Of a stretch of 64,000 nucleotides of DNA, positions 19,244-29,032 are shown in pieces (positions within the stretch are counted from its first letter, which is position 1; each line of letters opens with the position of its first letter). This stretch comes from an uncultured Candidatus Saccharibacteria bacterium. Its GTDB lineage: Bacteria; Patescibacteriota; Minisyncoccia; UBA6257; 2-01-FULL-56-20. The translations under genes were made by a program, and so were the position numbers. The stretch is from the NCBI GenBank assembly GCA_965231155.1, contig OZ246418.1:368751-432750 (forward strand), given 5' to 3'. The notes beneath the pieces are model-generated. The model made no database searches. It saw only the letters and a program-made list of their open reading frames with translations, and had not been told where the DNA came from.

Positions 19244-19819
19244 ATGAAACAAGGAACTAAAAGATTGCTCAGTATGGCAGGTGCGCTTGCAATGATTGTT
19301 GGCGCATTTGTCGTCTATTTTGAACTTACTCAGCCTGCGTATAGGGATTTAGAGATGGCTCAGGGAAAGCGTCAGGGACGAGAGAAGTTCTTGGCTGAGC
19401 AAAAACCAGCCGTTGATAAGGTGCAGGCTTTGATTGCTGAGTATACCGGGGAAGGCGCTGGAGATTTGAAACAGGCTCTTTCGGAGAGTTTGCCTCTAGG
19501 ACCGAATCCGAGTGCTCCGCTTGTACAGCTTGAGGGATTAGTTCGGGCCAGTGGGCTTAGCATTCAGACACTCACACCTCAGCCAAATCGTGCTTCAGCA
19601 GTGCCTTCGGTGGGAGGGCTGGTAAAACCAGTCGGTACGCTGACTTTTAAAGTTTCTTTTGTTGGTTCGTATGAGCAAATGAAAGACTTTTTCTCTAAGA
19701 TGGAAAGCAACGTCCTCCTCTTCGAGGTTCGATCTTTAAACATACAGCCATCAGGAAAAGCTGGATTTAACTCTTTTAATGGCAACGTAGAAATCGTATC
19801 CTATTATCAACAATCATAA
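19244..19819 (+). CDS. pilO: PilO-like pilus assembly protein
   Basis: N-terminal TM (AGALAMIVGAFVVYFEL) and coiled-coil. Synteny after pilN. Confidence 0.55.
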   Translation: MKQGTKRLLSMAGALAMIVGAFVVYFELTQPAYRDLEMAQGKRQGREKFLAEQKPAVDKVQALIAEYTGEGAGDLKQALSESLPLGPNPSAPLVQLEGLVRASGLSIQTLTPQPNRASAVPSVGGLVKPVGTLTFKVSFVGSYEQMKDFFSKMESNVLLFEVRSLNIQPSGKAGFNSFNGNVEIVSYYQQS

Positions 19820-19822
19820 ACC

Positions 19823-20116
19823 ATGGCTATTGTCGTTGAAGAAGAAAAAGATCGTGGTGGAGTCATCGTCCTTATCGGCTGGCTTGTGGTCATTGTCACT
19901 ATAATCTTGGCTATCTATCTAATTTTCTTTAAGAATCCAGAGATTGTGGAGAATGTGGCACCTTCGAGTTTTCGCCAGACCGCGCAGGTAGCGAAAATTG
20001 ATCTTAAGGTAGGCGTATTTAAAGATCCAGCATTTACTATTCGACAGACTTCTGGTCGACACGTAGAAGGACCAGGAGAGGGGACTTCAGGGAAGGCTAA
20101 TCCGTTCCTGCCCTAA
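19823..20116 (+). CDS. Small membrane protein in the pilus operon (possible PilP-like component)
   Basis: 97 aa with one TM (VIVLIGWLVVIVTIILAIYLIFF). Tight coupling to flanking genes. Confidence 0.35.
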   Translation: MAIVVEEEKDRGGVIVLIGWLVVIVTIILAIYLIFFKNPEIVENVAPSSFRQTAQVAKIDLKVGVFKDPAFTIRQTSGRHVEGPGEGTSGKANPFLP

Positions 20117-20138
20117 TAATTTTTTTAGAGAGTAATTT

Positions 20139-21860
20139 ATGGACGCACAACGATTTTTGAAAGAAGTTGAGACTGCTGGCCTCCTTAATCAAGGGGACTT
20201 TGAGTCACTGAAAAAAGAAGTAGAACTTTCCGGACGTCCGGTTGAGGCGGTGGCAGTGGAACGTCGCTTGGTTGATGATGGTAAGTTGGCACAGTTGAAG
20301 GCGAAGGTTTTAGGAGTTCCATATAAGAAAGTAAAAACAACAGATGTTCCTACAGAACTTTTTGAACTTTTTCCAGAAGAGACAGTCAGAACTTATACTG
20401 TTGTGCCGATTGAGAAACAGAATGATTTATTAGTTGTTGGCATGGTTGATCCGGATGATCTGAAGGCTCAGGAGGCGATTAAATTTATTGCGCGACGGGC
20501 TCACCTCAATCTTGGTGTGTATGCTATTTCTTGGAGTGATTGGCAGTCGGTGTTACAGCGCTACTCTCCATATAAGAGTGAGATTGAAGCAGCTATTCGG
20601 TCTTTGAATTTGAAATCATCGGCTGGTCGTGATTTGGTGAGCTTGGAAAAAGGTGCCTCGGCCGCGCAGGATGGACCAGTTATCCGAATCGTGGCGGAAA
20701 CATTCCGCGAAGCGATTACGCGAGGCGCTTCGGATATTCATATTGAACCTCAGCAAAACTATCTTCGTATTCGGTTGCGCGTTGATGGAGAGTTGCGCGA
20801 GGAAGCTTCTTTGCCCGTCGAACTTTCTCAGCCGGTAGTTTCTCGTATTAAAGTCATTTCTGATTTAAAAATCGACGAGACGCGCATTCCTCAGGATGGT
20901 CGTTTTCGAACAACAGTTTTTGGCAGGAATATTGATTTTCGAGTTTCCACATTTCCGACTCCGTTAGGGGAGAAGGTGGCCATTCGTGTCCTTGATCCGA
21001 CCACCGGCCTCAAGAGTTTTGAGCAACTTGGTCTGATGGGCAAAAATTTGGAGTTTGTGAAAGAAGGACTGAATAAGCCCTTTGGTATGGTTTTGGTGAC
21101 TGGTCCAACTGGCTCTGGTAAAAGTACGACGCTCTATGCCTTGCTTCAGGCCTTGAATCGCGAGGGAGTGAATATTGTCAGTCTTGAAGATCCTGTTGAG
21201 TACTTTGTGTCGGGGGTGAATCAGTCCCAGGTACATCCCGAGATTGGCTATGACTTTGCTTCTGGTTTGCGTCAGATTCTTCGTCAGGATCCAGACGTGA
21301 TTATGGTTGGTGAGATTCGAGATACCGAGACAGCCAGTCTTGGAGTGCACGCGGCGCTCACTGGTCATGTGGTTCTTTCAACACTCCATACCAACAATGC
21401 GATTGGTGTGATTCCTCGATTGATCGATATGAAGGTTGATTCATTCCTCATTCCGGCGGCTTTGAATCTGATGCTCGGACAGAGACTCGTTCTTCGTCTC
21501 TGTGAGAAGTGTAAAGAACCCCAGCAAGCTTCTCCGGAACTTCAGACAGCTATTAAAAAGGCGTTAGCCGGCATGCCCGCAGAACTGACCGCTGAATTCA
21601 AAGATCCCTATACTATATATAAGGCGCCAGGGTGTAATGCCTGTCGAGGTAAGGGGACTGTTGGTCGGATGGCAGTTTTTGAAGTGTTTCGAATGACTCC
21701 AGAACTGGAAAGTCTTTTAAATAGCGGTTTCAGTATGCAACAGATTATGGCTGAGACGAAGCGACAGGGGATGATCACGATGCGTCAGGATGGAGTTCTG
21801 AAGGCCTTAGCGGGAATTGTTTCTTTGGAGGATGTCTTACGTGAGACTACTGAGGATTAA
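20139..21860 (+). CDS. pilB: Type IV pilus assembly ATPase PilB (GspE family)
   Basis: Walker A GPTGSGKSTT, Asp box, His box. N-terminal GspII_E N domain. C-terminal tetracysteine (CEKCKEP...CNACRGKG). Confidence 0.95.
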   Translation: MDAQRFLKEVETAGLLNQGDFESLKKEVELSGRPVEAVAVERRLVDDGKLAQLKAKVLGVPYKKVKTTDVPTELFELFPEETVRTYTVVPIEKQNDLLVVGMVDPDDLKAQEAIKFIARRAHLNLGVYAISWSDWQSVLQRYSPYKSEIEAAIRSLNLKSSAGRDLVSLEKGASAAQDGPVIRIVAETFREAITRGASDIHIEPQQNYLRIRLRVDGELREEASLPVELSQPVVSRIKVISDLKIDETRIPQDGRFRTTVFGRNIDFRVSTFPTPLGEKVAIRVLDPTTGLKSFEQLGLMGKNLEFVKEGLNKPFGMVLVTGPTGSGKSTTLYALLQALNREGVNIVSLEDPVEYFVSGVNQSQVHPEIGYDFASGLRQILRQDPDVIMVGEIRDTETASLGVHAALTGHVVLSTLHTNNAIGVIPRLIDMKVDSFLIPAALNLMLGQRLVLRLCEKCKEPQQASPELQTAIKKALAGMPAELTAEFKDPYTIYKAPGCNACRGKGTVGRMAVFEVFRMTPELESLLNSGFSMQQIMAETKRQGMITMRQDGVLKALAGIVSLEDVLRETTED

Positions 21861-21977
21861 TCGCTTTCATTTTCAGAACACGTATAAATTCTGCTGAATT
21901 TATACTATACTGCGCACCGACGTGCTCCATAATGTTCTCAAAATGAAAGCTCATGAGGAGTGTGAGGAGGTATATGG

Positions 21978-21983
21978 TATAAT
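21978..21983 (+). promoter_or_regulatory. Extended -10 (TGgTATAAT) positioned 6 nt before the pilT ATG, which suggests a leaderless transcript
   Basis: tggtataat at 21975-21983; ATG at 21990. No Shine-Dalgarno sequence at suitable spacing. Confidence 0.35.
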
Positions 21984-21989
21984 TTTTTT

Positions 21990-23066
21990 ATGGCTGAAGA
22001 TTATAAACAGAAACTTGATGAGTTGTTATTAACGACTGCGAAACAGAATGCTTCTGACCTTCATTTAAGTGTGGGTCGTCGTCCGACGTTGCGTCTGGAC
22101 GGTGTGCTGGTGGCATTACAGAAAGAAGAAATTATGACTCCAGAGATTGCCGAGGGTTTGATTTCTGCCCTCCTTACTCCTGAGCAGAAAAAAAGATTTC
22201 TTGATGAACGCCAGCTCGACTTTGCCTATAGCTATGAAGACAAGGCGCGTTTTCGTGTGAATGTGTATTTTCAGCGTGGGTATATGTCGGCGGCACTTCG
22301 TTTAATTCCACCTCATGTAAAAACACTCGAAGAGTTATCTTTACCGCCAATTCTTCATGATTTTGGAAAGCTCACCCAGGGATTTATTTTGGTGGTGGGT
22401 CCGGCTGGTCATGGGAAGTCGACAACATTGGCCGCTATTCTTGATGAGATCAATCACACGCGCACTGATCACATCATTACTATTGAGGATCCAATTGAGT
22501 ATGTCTTCGCTCAGGATCGAGCCATTATTTCTCAGAAAGAAGTAGAGAGTGATATTCCCAGTTTTAGCGCTGGTCTTCGCACGATTCTTCGTCAGGATCC
22601 AGACGTGGTGATGATTGGTGAAATGCGAGATGCTACTTCTATCGCCACCGCCATGACTGCTTCGGAAACTGGTCACTTGGTTTTTTCCACACTACACACC
22701 AACTCAGCGGCGCAAACTATTGATCGTATTATTGATTCTTTCCCTCCCGAGCAGCAGTCACAGGCGATGTCACAGCTGGCTGCGACATTAGTAGCAATTG
22801 TATCTCAGCGTTTAGTTCCGAGATTGTCTGGTGGGCGTGTTCCGACAAATGAAATCATGATTGTGAATCCTGCAATTCGCAATCTTATTCGTGAGCGAAA
22901 GATTTACCAAATTGATTTGGTTATTGAAACAAGCGTCCAGGAGGGGATGATGACCCTCAATCGCTCCTTGGCTACTTTGGTGAAGAATAAAGAGATTTCT
23001 TTGGAAAATGCTGAGTTGTATTCACTGAATCCTGCCGAGCTTAGAATCTTATTGGAGAGGATGTAG
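21990..23066 (+). CDS. pilT: Twitching-motility / pilus retraction ATPase PilT
   Basis: Walker A GPAGHGKSTT. 358 aa. PilT-type Asp/His boxes (TIEDPIEY, HLVFSTLHTNSAAQTIDRIID). Confidence 0.95.
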   Translation: MAEDYKQKLDELLLTTAKQNASDLHLSVGRRPTLRLDGVLVALQKEEIMTPEIAEGLISALLTPEQKKRFLDERQLDFAYSYEDKARFRVNVYFQRGYMSAALRLIPPHVKTLEELSLPPILHDFGKLTQGFILVVGPAGHGKSTTLAAILDEINHTRTDHIITIEDPIEYVFAQDRAIISQKEVESDIPSFSAGLRTILRQDPDVVMIGEMRDATSIATAMTASETGHLVFSTLHTNSAAQTIDRIIDSFPPEQQSQAMSQLAATLVAIVSQRLVPRLSGGRVPTNEIMIVNPAIRNLIRERKIYQIDLVIETSVQEGMMTLNRSLATLVKNKEISLENAELYSLNPAELRILLERM

Positions 23067-23089
23067 GAGTTGTTCATTCGTATTCTTAT

Positions 23090-24301
23090 ATGAAATTTAA
23101 GTACCAAGCAAAAACGCGAGAAGGAGAGCTCCAGGTGGGCTATGTTGAAGCGGGTACTAAAGATAGTGCGGCCAGTATTCTTTCTAGTCATGAACTTTTC
23201 CTTCTGACGCTCGAAGAAGCTGAACACGTTCGTTGGTATGATCGATTATCAAGCTACTTCAGTTCTGTTCGCAAAAAAGACTTTGTTATCTTTAGCCGAC
23301 AGCTGGCTCTTCTTTTGAATGCGCGATTACCGTTGGGTGATGCGTTGAGAAATCTGGCAGAGCAGACACAGAACCCAACGCTTAAGGAGTCGGTGATCTT
23401 AGTCTCAGAAGATATCAATTCCGGTCTATCTTTTTCGCAGGCCTTGGAACGACAGGGTGGGGTGTTCTCTGAGTTTTTTGTAAGCTTGGTACGTGCTTCT
23501 GAAGTGACGGGAAACTTGGCTGAGGCCGCTTCGTTTTTGGCTGATTACTACGAAAAAGAATCGATTATTAGTAGCAAGGTAAAAGCTGCCTTGATGTATC
23601 CGATAATCGTCATTCTTCTATTTGTTGGCGTATCGGTTCTTTTGATCACTGTTGTCTTCCCACAGATCGGTCCAATCTTTGCGCAAGCGAAAGTGGAACT
23701 CCCTCTCTTCACGAAAATTCTTTTGAACAGTGGTGATTTCTTGAGTCGGTGGTGGTTGGTCCTGGTTATCTGTCTCACGGTGATCGTTGCCACGATTCTT
23801 GACTATGCACGAACGACCGAGGGGAGGGGAGTATTTGATGAGCTGAAGATTCGATTACCAATTGTCGGAAAGGTGTATATGCCCCTAATGATTACTCGTA
23901 TTTCCAATAATGCAGCCATTCTTTTGCATGGTGGTGTGCCGATGGCGCAAACGTTAGAAATTGTCAGTCAGACAGTTGATAACGCGGTCTACGAAGAACT
24001 TCTTCGTGACATTAGTAATGGTGTTCGTCAGGGGGAACCACTTTCGAAGGCGATTAGTCAGCATCCTGATTATTTCCCGACACTTATTTCCCAAATGTTA
24101 GCGGTTGGTGAAGTGACTGGACAGGTTGATGAGATATTCACACGTGTAGCTACCTTGTACGGTCGAGAGCTGGATGATACAATCAACAACATGACCGAGC
24201 TAATTCAGCCGGTCCTGATGGTGGGCTTGGGACTTCTGACTGGATTATTATTCGGTTCGATTCTCATCCCGCTCTATAAGTTAGTTTCTACATTCCAGTA
24301 G
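23090..24301 (+). CDS. pilC: Type IV pilus inner-membrane platform protein PilC (GspF family)
   Basis: Two T2SSF repeats, three TM helices. 403 aa. Confidence 0.9.
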   Translation: MKFKYQAKTREGELQVGYVEAGTKDSAASILSSHELFLLTLEEAEHVRWYDRLSSYFSSVRKKDFVIFSRQLALLLNARLPLGDALRNLAEQTQNPTLKESVILVSEDINSGLSFSQALERQGGVFSEFFVSLVRASEVTGNLAEAASFLADYYEKESIISSKVKAALMYPIIVILLFVGVSVLLITVVFPQIGPIFAQAKVELPLFTKILLNSGDFLSRWWLVLVICLTVIVATILDYARTTEGRGVFDELKIRLPIVGKVYMPLMITRISNNAAILLHGGVPMAQTLEIVSQTVDNAVYEELLRDISNGVRQGEPLSKAISQHPDYFPTLISQMLAVGEVTGQVDEIFTRVATLYGRELDDTINNMTELIQPVLMVGLGLLTGLLFGSILIPLYKLVSTFQ

Positions 24302-24346
24302 AATAGAGAAAAGGTCGAGATTCGCTAGACATATACACGAAAAAAA

Positions 24347-24760
24347 ATGAACAAAAAAGGTTTTACACTTATCGAACTCTTGATCGTTGTGGCGATTATC
24401 TCCATCTTGGCGGGTATTGTGTTAGTTGGTCTCCGACCAAGCTTAAACACCGCTCGAGATGCGCGGCGAATTGCTGAAATCAAACAGATTCAGACTGGTT
24501 TGCAGTTGTACTATAATCGAAACGGTGTGTACCCAGATTCTCTTCAGGACGTCCTTGATTCTGGAGTAGTGACTGCAATGCCATTGTTGGATCCTGGACA
24601 GGCTCCATATGGATATGCCAAAGATGCCGCTACCGGAGGATATATTTTGGGTACAATTTTTGAGGAACCTAACTCAAAATCCACTCAGAATCAGGTTACC
24701 ACTGGCAGTGCTGGTACCGTCAACTGTGGTGATGAGAAAGCTTACTGCGTAAGTTTCTAG
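24347..24760 (+). CDS. Type IV (major) pilin
   Basis: Prepilin leader and methylation motif MNKKGFTLIELLIVVAIISILAGIV (G|FTLIE). C-terminal Cys pair (CGDEKAYC). Confidence 0.85.
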   Translation: MNKKGFTLIELLIVVAIISILAGIVLVGLRPSLNTARDARRIAEIKQIQTGLQLYYNRNGVYPDSLQDVLDSGVVTAMPLLDPGQAPYGYAKDAATGGYILGTIFEEPNSKSTQNQVTTGSAGTVNCGDEKAYCVSF

Positions 24761-24764
24761 TTTT

Positions 24765-25616
24765 TTGACAAGTATGGCGTTTTACCCAATCCTTTTCTTT
24801 CTTGGACTAGCGATTGGCAGTTTTCTAAATGTCATAGCCGTTCGCTATCAGCCGGAGAAGAATCTTCTTTGTGCCGGTACGCTCGGAGGCCGCTCTCACT
24901 GTTCCCATTGCGGGAAACAGCTACGATGGAAAGAACTCATTCCACTCGTTAGCTTTTTAGTGCAGGGCGGCCTTTGTCGTTTTTGTCATCATCAGCTGAG
25001 TTTACAGTATCCTCTGGCCGAGCTTTTCTCGGGAATTATTTTTATTATGGTGCCGTGGCGATTAGGTATTTTTTCTTCGATGCCAGTTCTTGTGCTCTGG
25101 ATATTTATCTTTTCAGCCTTACTTCTAATAGCCCTTATCGATATTCGGATAAGAATTATTCCTAATGAGTTGATTGTTTTTCTTTTTTTGGTGGCCTTGC
25201 CACTAGTGGTGCTTAGCGCCCAATCATTTGATCTGACTAGTGGATCTTTTGTCGGGCATTATGCCTTACTTTTCGGCGGACGAGAGAGTATCTGGCTGAA
25301 TCATCTTTTTGGGGTCTTAGCCGGAGCAGGTTTTTTCTTGGTACTTCTCTTCATCACCAAGGGAAGAGGAGTGGGTGGGGGAGATATTAAACTATCCGCC
25401 GTTCTCGGACTCATCTTTGGTTGGCCAGATGTCTTGATACTTATTCCTCTTTCTTTTATTCTGGGAAGTTTATTTGTTTTACCACTACTCATCACTGGCC
25501 AAGCTGGGAGGAAGGATATGGTTCCCTTCGGACCGTTTTTGGTTTTTTCCTCAGTTCTTGTTTTCCTTTTTGGTTTCCAGATGGTTGATTTTTACTTTCA
25601 CCTCTTTCGCATATAA
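24765..25616 (+). CDS. pilD: Prepilin peptidase PilD (A24 family) with N-terminal zinc-finger
   Basis: CSHCGKQL...CRFCHHQL tetracysteine. Polytopic membrane domain with catalytic Asp-containing loops (GGGDIKL). Confidence 0.9.
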   Translation: MTSMAFYPILFFLGLAIGSFLNVIAVRYQPEKNLLCAGTLGGRSHCSHCGKQLRWKELIPLVSFLVQGGLCRFCHHQLSLQYPLAELFSGIIFIMVPWRLGIFSSMPVLVLWIFIFSALLLIALIDIRIRIIPNELIVFLFLVALPLVVLSAQSFDLTSGSFVGHYALLFGGRESIWLNHLFGVLAGAGFFLVLLFITKGRGVGGGDIKLSAVLGLIFGWPDVLILIPLSFILGSLFVLPLLITGQAGRKDMVPFGPFLVFSSVLVFLFGFQMVDFYFHLFRI

Positions 25617-25623
25617 TGAATAG

Positions 25624-26235
25624 GTGAAGTCATTTTTTCATGCGCGTAGGGGATATACATTGATCGAACTACTGGTGGTAGTAGCTATTATGGCGATTAC
25701 CGCTGGCACGTTAGTTTCTTTTAGTAAGATTGGTCAGGATCAAACTACACTTTACATCGAAGCGTCGAAGATTATCGACGTGGTCCTTCGGGCTAAGGCT
25801 TTAGCTATTTCTGCCTACAAAGATCCTAATGATACCCGTATTTCTTGCGCTCATGGCATCACCCTTGATCTCAGGCCAGGAGAAAACAGTTTTAGTCTCA
25901 CTCGTTATCTGAGAAAGAGTCCAACTGACGAAGCGTGTGTCACGATGGGCAATAGCAATCCGCTTAGCCTTGGAGATCGTTTTGAAAGAGCGGTAGCGGA
26001 ATCATCGGTGTATACTCTATCGAAGGGGATTGTTTTTGATCTGGCAAGTACCACAATTTCTGATATTGCTTTTCGTCCACCAGATCCTCAGATTTTCTTT
26101 TTCGATAAAAGTGGCATGTTGCCGACTCCTCCACTGAGGAGTGGAACAATTGTGATTATGGATGAAGGTGGTCAGTCTCGGATCCGGATTGTTATTGGTC
26201 AGGGTGGGCAGATTACTTATAGTTTTATTAACTGA
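25624..26235 (+). CDS. Pseudopilin / minor pilin
   Basis: RRGYTLIELLVVVAIMAI class-III signal peptide. Confidence 0.7.
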   Translation: MKSFFHARRGYTLIELLVVVAIMAITAGTLVSFSKIGQDQTTLYIEASKIIDVVLRAKALAISAYKDPNDTRISCAHGITLDLRPGENSFSLTRYLRKSPTDEACVTMGNSNPLSLGDRFERAVAESSVYTLSKGIVFDLASTTISDIAFRPPDPQIFFFDKSGMLPTPPLRSGTIVIMDEGGQSRIRIVIGQGGQITYSFIN

Positions 26236-26236
26236 C

Positions 26237-26830
26237 ATGAATCCTGTTTCTTTGCATGCTTCTCGGGGGGGACAGACCATCATGGAGATGGTGGTGGCTT
26301 TAGGTATACTGACGGTTGGTTTTTTGGGAATCGTGAACTTGCTCAATAGCTCACTAGGATTGCACCGAGTGATTGCTGATGATTACAAGGCGACCTATCT
26401 TGCTGCTGAAGGAGTTGAGTTGATAAAGAATATGGTTGTTACCAACGCTGGGAATCAGGCCGGTTCTTTGCCTCTTACTCCGGTTGCCTGGTGTTCTGGT
26501 CTACCTGCTGGTAGTTATGAGATTGATCACACATTGGAAGTTCCTAGTAGTAGGCCGGATGATTGTAACACCTCATATCCGGGACTTTTTGCCGTGACTG
26601 GTCGTCCTCTCTTTTTTCATCCTGCAACTCACTTGTATGACTACGACACTACTGACTCGCAGGAAACTCCTTTCCGTCGTACAGTAACTATCTCATATGG
26701 CAAGGAGGCTATTCCGTTCGCCACGGCAGATGACCAGATGACTGTTCAGTCGGTAGTTCGTTGGCGAGATAAAACTGGAGATAATGAAGTTAACCTTATT
26801 GATTATATTTTTAACTCTTCTTCTACATAG
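26237..26830 (+). CDS. Pseudopilin / minor pilin
   Basis: MNPVSLHASRGGQTIMEMVVALGILTV (G|QTIME, Glu at +5). ATG at 26237 immediately follows the upstream stop. Confidence 0.65.
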   Translation: MNPVSLHASRGGQTIMEMVVALGILTVGFLGIVNLLNSSLGLHRVIADDYKATYLAAEGVELIKNMVVTNAGNQAGSLPLTPVAWCSGLPAGSYEIDHTLEVPSSRPDDCNTSYPGLFAVTGRPLFFHPATHLYDYDTTDSQETPFRRTVTISYGKEAIPFATADDQMTVQSVVRWRDKTGDNEVNLIDYIFNSSST

Positions 26831-26834
26831 GTTT

Positions 26835-27416
26835 ATGAAAATACATCTGACAGAGACGAGGGGAGGATTTACTCTAGTAGAGTCGCTGGTGGCGATTTCT
26901 ATATTCGTTATTGTTTTTTCAGTGGCTATTGGTGGTTTTGTGGCTGCCTTGCGTACTCAACGTCAGATTCAGGCTTTGATTTCAGCAAACAGTAATGCCA
27001 GTTTGATTATCGAGCAGATGGCCAGAGAGATGAGGACGGGATTGGGATTTCGAGCCCTTGCTTCGGCTGACTGTGTTTCTCCAGCGTTACCGTGTGAGCT
27101 TGATTTTACAACTGGTCGGAACGAGAGTGTGGCCTATCTATGGGATAAAACTAACGGCAGTATTGTGCGTCGGGGTGATGCGGGAGACCTCGTGCCGATT
27201 ACTGCAGAGAATGTGGCGGTGCGGTATTTGGGTTTTAAAGTACTAGGAGAGTGTGCCAGTGCGGGAGATTTTCCATCACACGGTCCACGAGTAACAATTG
27301 TGTTGGGTATTAGTCCGAAGGGAGAGCGTGGAGTCAATGACACGGTGACTGAGATTCAGACAACCGTGGCCTCTCGCCAGGGTTTTATCTGCGGGTATCC
27401 AGTTCCGGTTATCTGA
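26835..27416 (+). CDS. Pseudopilin / minor pilin
   Basis: MKIHLTETRGGFTLVESLVAISIFVIV (G|FTLVE). Confidence 0.7.
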   Translation: MKIHLTETRGGFTLVESLVAISIFVIVFSVAIGGFVAALRTQRQIQALISANSNASLIIEQMAREMRTGLGFRALASADCVSPALPCELDFTTGRNESVAYLWDKTNGSIVRRGDAGDLVPITAENVAVRYLGFKVLGECASAGDFPSHGPRVTIVLGISPKGERGVNDTVTEIQTTVASRQGFICGYPVPVI

Positions 27417-27453
27417 TCGTCCTGTAGAAGTTGCGTATGATATAATTAGGAAA

Positions 27454-28488
27454 ATGACTAGCCGTTTTTTATCTGGACTTTTCTTTTCCTTCCTGACTGT
27501 TCTTGTAATAGGTGGAGTGTTTTACTCCATAGATTTAGTGTTTGCGAGTTTTGGTCCAGCCGATCTTCCGTTGAAGGGTTACGTCTGGGGAGCCGATAAT
27601 GGCCAGGGTGTTGGTTTTATTAGTTTTTGTGGTGGGCAGGGAACGCCGGAATGTCCAGGGAGTAGCGTTGAGTATCAAGTGGTAATTGATAACAATACCG
27701 GAATTTTCAGAGGGTATGCCTGGTCCCCAAATTTTGGTTGGTTGAGTTTTAATAAGAGTGAAACTCAGTCTCCGCCCTATCCACCATTTAATAGTGGAGA
27801 GTCTTATATCGCGAAAATTGATCCCACAAATCCAGGCGAGAAGCAGATGGAGGGTTGGGGTCGGTTTTTGTCTGCCTGTGATTTTATAGATGGACCTGAT
27901 GCTGATTCTTTTCCAGATCAGTGTGCATCCTCTGGCCCGGGAGCAAATAGTGGCGGTTGGGATGGTTGGGTAAACTTTTCTTCAGGAACCGCGACGGACG
28001 GAAATTACTACAGAGGATTTGTAGCTACGAGTAGTGCGGGAGCAGGTTATCTTTCTGGATATGCCTGGGGAAGTGATAACGTGGGAGTTATCGAGGCCAG
28101 TACCAGCCCCGCTTTCTTGCAACCTCCACGGGTACCACTTCCGCAAATTAGTGTTAATCTGACGGCCAGTCCGGTGACTGGAAAAGTTCCACTGGGAGTC
28201 ACTTTGACGGCTACGGTAACTACTAATACGAGCTCTAGTATTACTTATAAATTTTTCTGTGATGAGGGAGGTAAGAATCGAGGGTCATCGACAATTGATA
28301 CTTTTGCCACGACAGCATCATTCCAGTGTATCTATAGCGTAGCGGATAGTTATAAGCCCGCTGTTGAGGTTTATCAGGATGGAGTTTTTGCCAAAGCTGC
28401 TAATTCTTCTTATCTGACGAACGCCGGACCAGGACAGACTATTCAAGCTAAGCCAGGAATTATTATTGAGATTGCCCCTGATGAGTAG
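27454..28488 (+). CDS. Pilus-operon-associated large protein (N-terminal TM, repeated GY[AV]WG motifs); candidate pilus tip/adhesin component
   Basis: 344 aa. N-terminal TM LFFSFLTVLVIGGVFY. Repeats GYVWGADNGQGVGFISF / GYAWSPNFGWLSFN / GYAWGSDNVGVI. Confidence 0.5.
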   Translation: MTSRFLSGLFFSFLTVLVIGGVFYSIDLVFASFGPADLPLKGYVWGADNGQGVGFISFCGGQGTPECPGSSVEYQVVIDNNTGIFRGYAWSPNFGWLSFNKSETQSPPYPPFNSGESYIAKIDPTNPGEKQMEGWGRFLSACDFIDGPDADSFPDQCASSGPGANSGGWDGWVNFSSGTATDGNYYRGFVATSSAGAGYLSGYAWGSDNVGVIEASTSPAFLQPPRVPLPQISVNLTASPVTGKVPLGVTLTATVTTNTSSSITYKFFCDEGGKNRGSSTIDTFATTASFQCIYSVADSYKPAVEVYQDGVFAKAANSSYLTNAGPGQTIQAKPGIIIEIAPDE

Positions 28489-28912
28489 TTTCTCTCGCCA
28501 TATCGAAAAATTTGATCCTCGTTCCGGACAGGCGATGCTTCTTACGGTGATCGCTCTAGGGGGTACACTGCTTGGTGCGACCACGATTGCGGGACTTCTC
28601 ATGCTTTATCAAATTCGCCAAGCGACGGACTTGAAAGATTCTAATAAGGCGATTTTTGCGGCTGATGCTGGCATAGAGATGGTTGGTTATTATTTGGCTA
28701 ATGCTACTGGAGGAGAGGAGCCTCTGGTTCCTCAAGATATGGTTGATCACAATGGGGTAACTAATAAAGCGAAGATCTCTCGGGTTGTCTGTTATAGTGC
28801 AACGAGTACTGATCCGACAACAATCATTCCTTGTTCGCAGGGTTCTTCAAGCGCTGTAGTGCTTCGATCATATGGAGAGTCGGGGAGAGCCAATCGGGCG
28901 TTTCAACAATAA
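28481..28912 (+). CDS. Pilus-operon-associated membrane protein (pilin-like N-terminal helix without Glu5)
   Basis: RSGQAMLLTVIALGGTLLGATTIAGLLML hydrophobic N-terminus. Last gene before the strong terminator. Confidence 0.4.
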   Translation: MSSFSRHIEKFDPRSGQAMLLTVIALGGTLLGATTIAGLLMLYQIRQATDLKDSNKAIFAADAGIEMVGYYLANATGGEEPLVPQDMVDHNGVTNKAKISRVVCYSATSTDPTTIIPCSQGSSSAVVLRSYGESGRANRAFQQ

Positions 28913-28922
28913 AGTTGCGTTC

Positions 28923-28970
28923 TTAGAACGAGAAAATAGGGGACTTCCTTTACCTATTTTCTCGTTCTGA
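28923..28970 (+). terminator. Strong rho-independent terminator ending the pilus operon
   Basis: Perfect 16-bp stem agaacgagaaaatagg / cctattttctcgttct with a 12-nt loop, followed by a T-rich tract. Confidence 0.8.
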
Positions 28971-29032
28971 CTTATTTATGGTGCAAACTAGAGGGGGGTG
29001 AGGGATTTCTGAATTCGAGGTAAAATGGGGGA

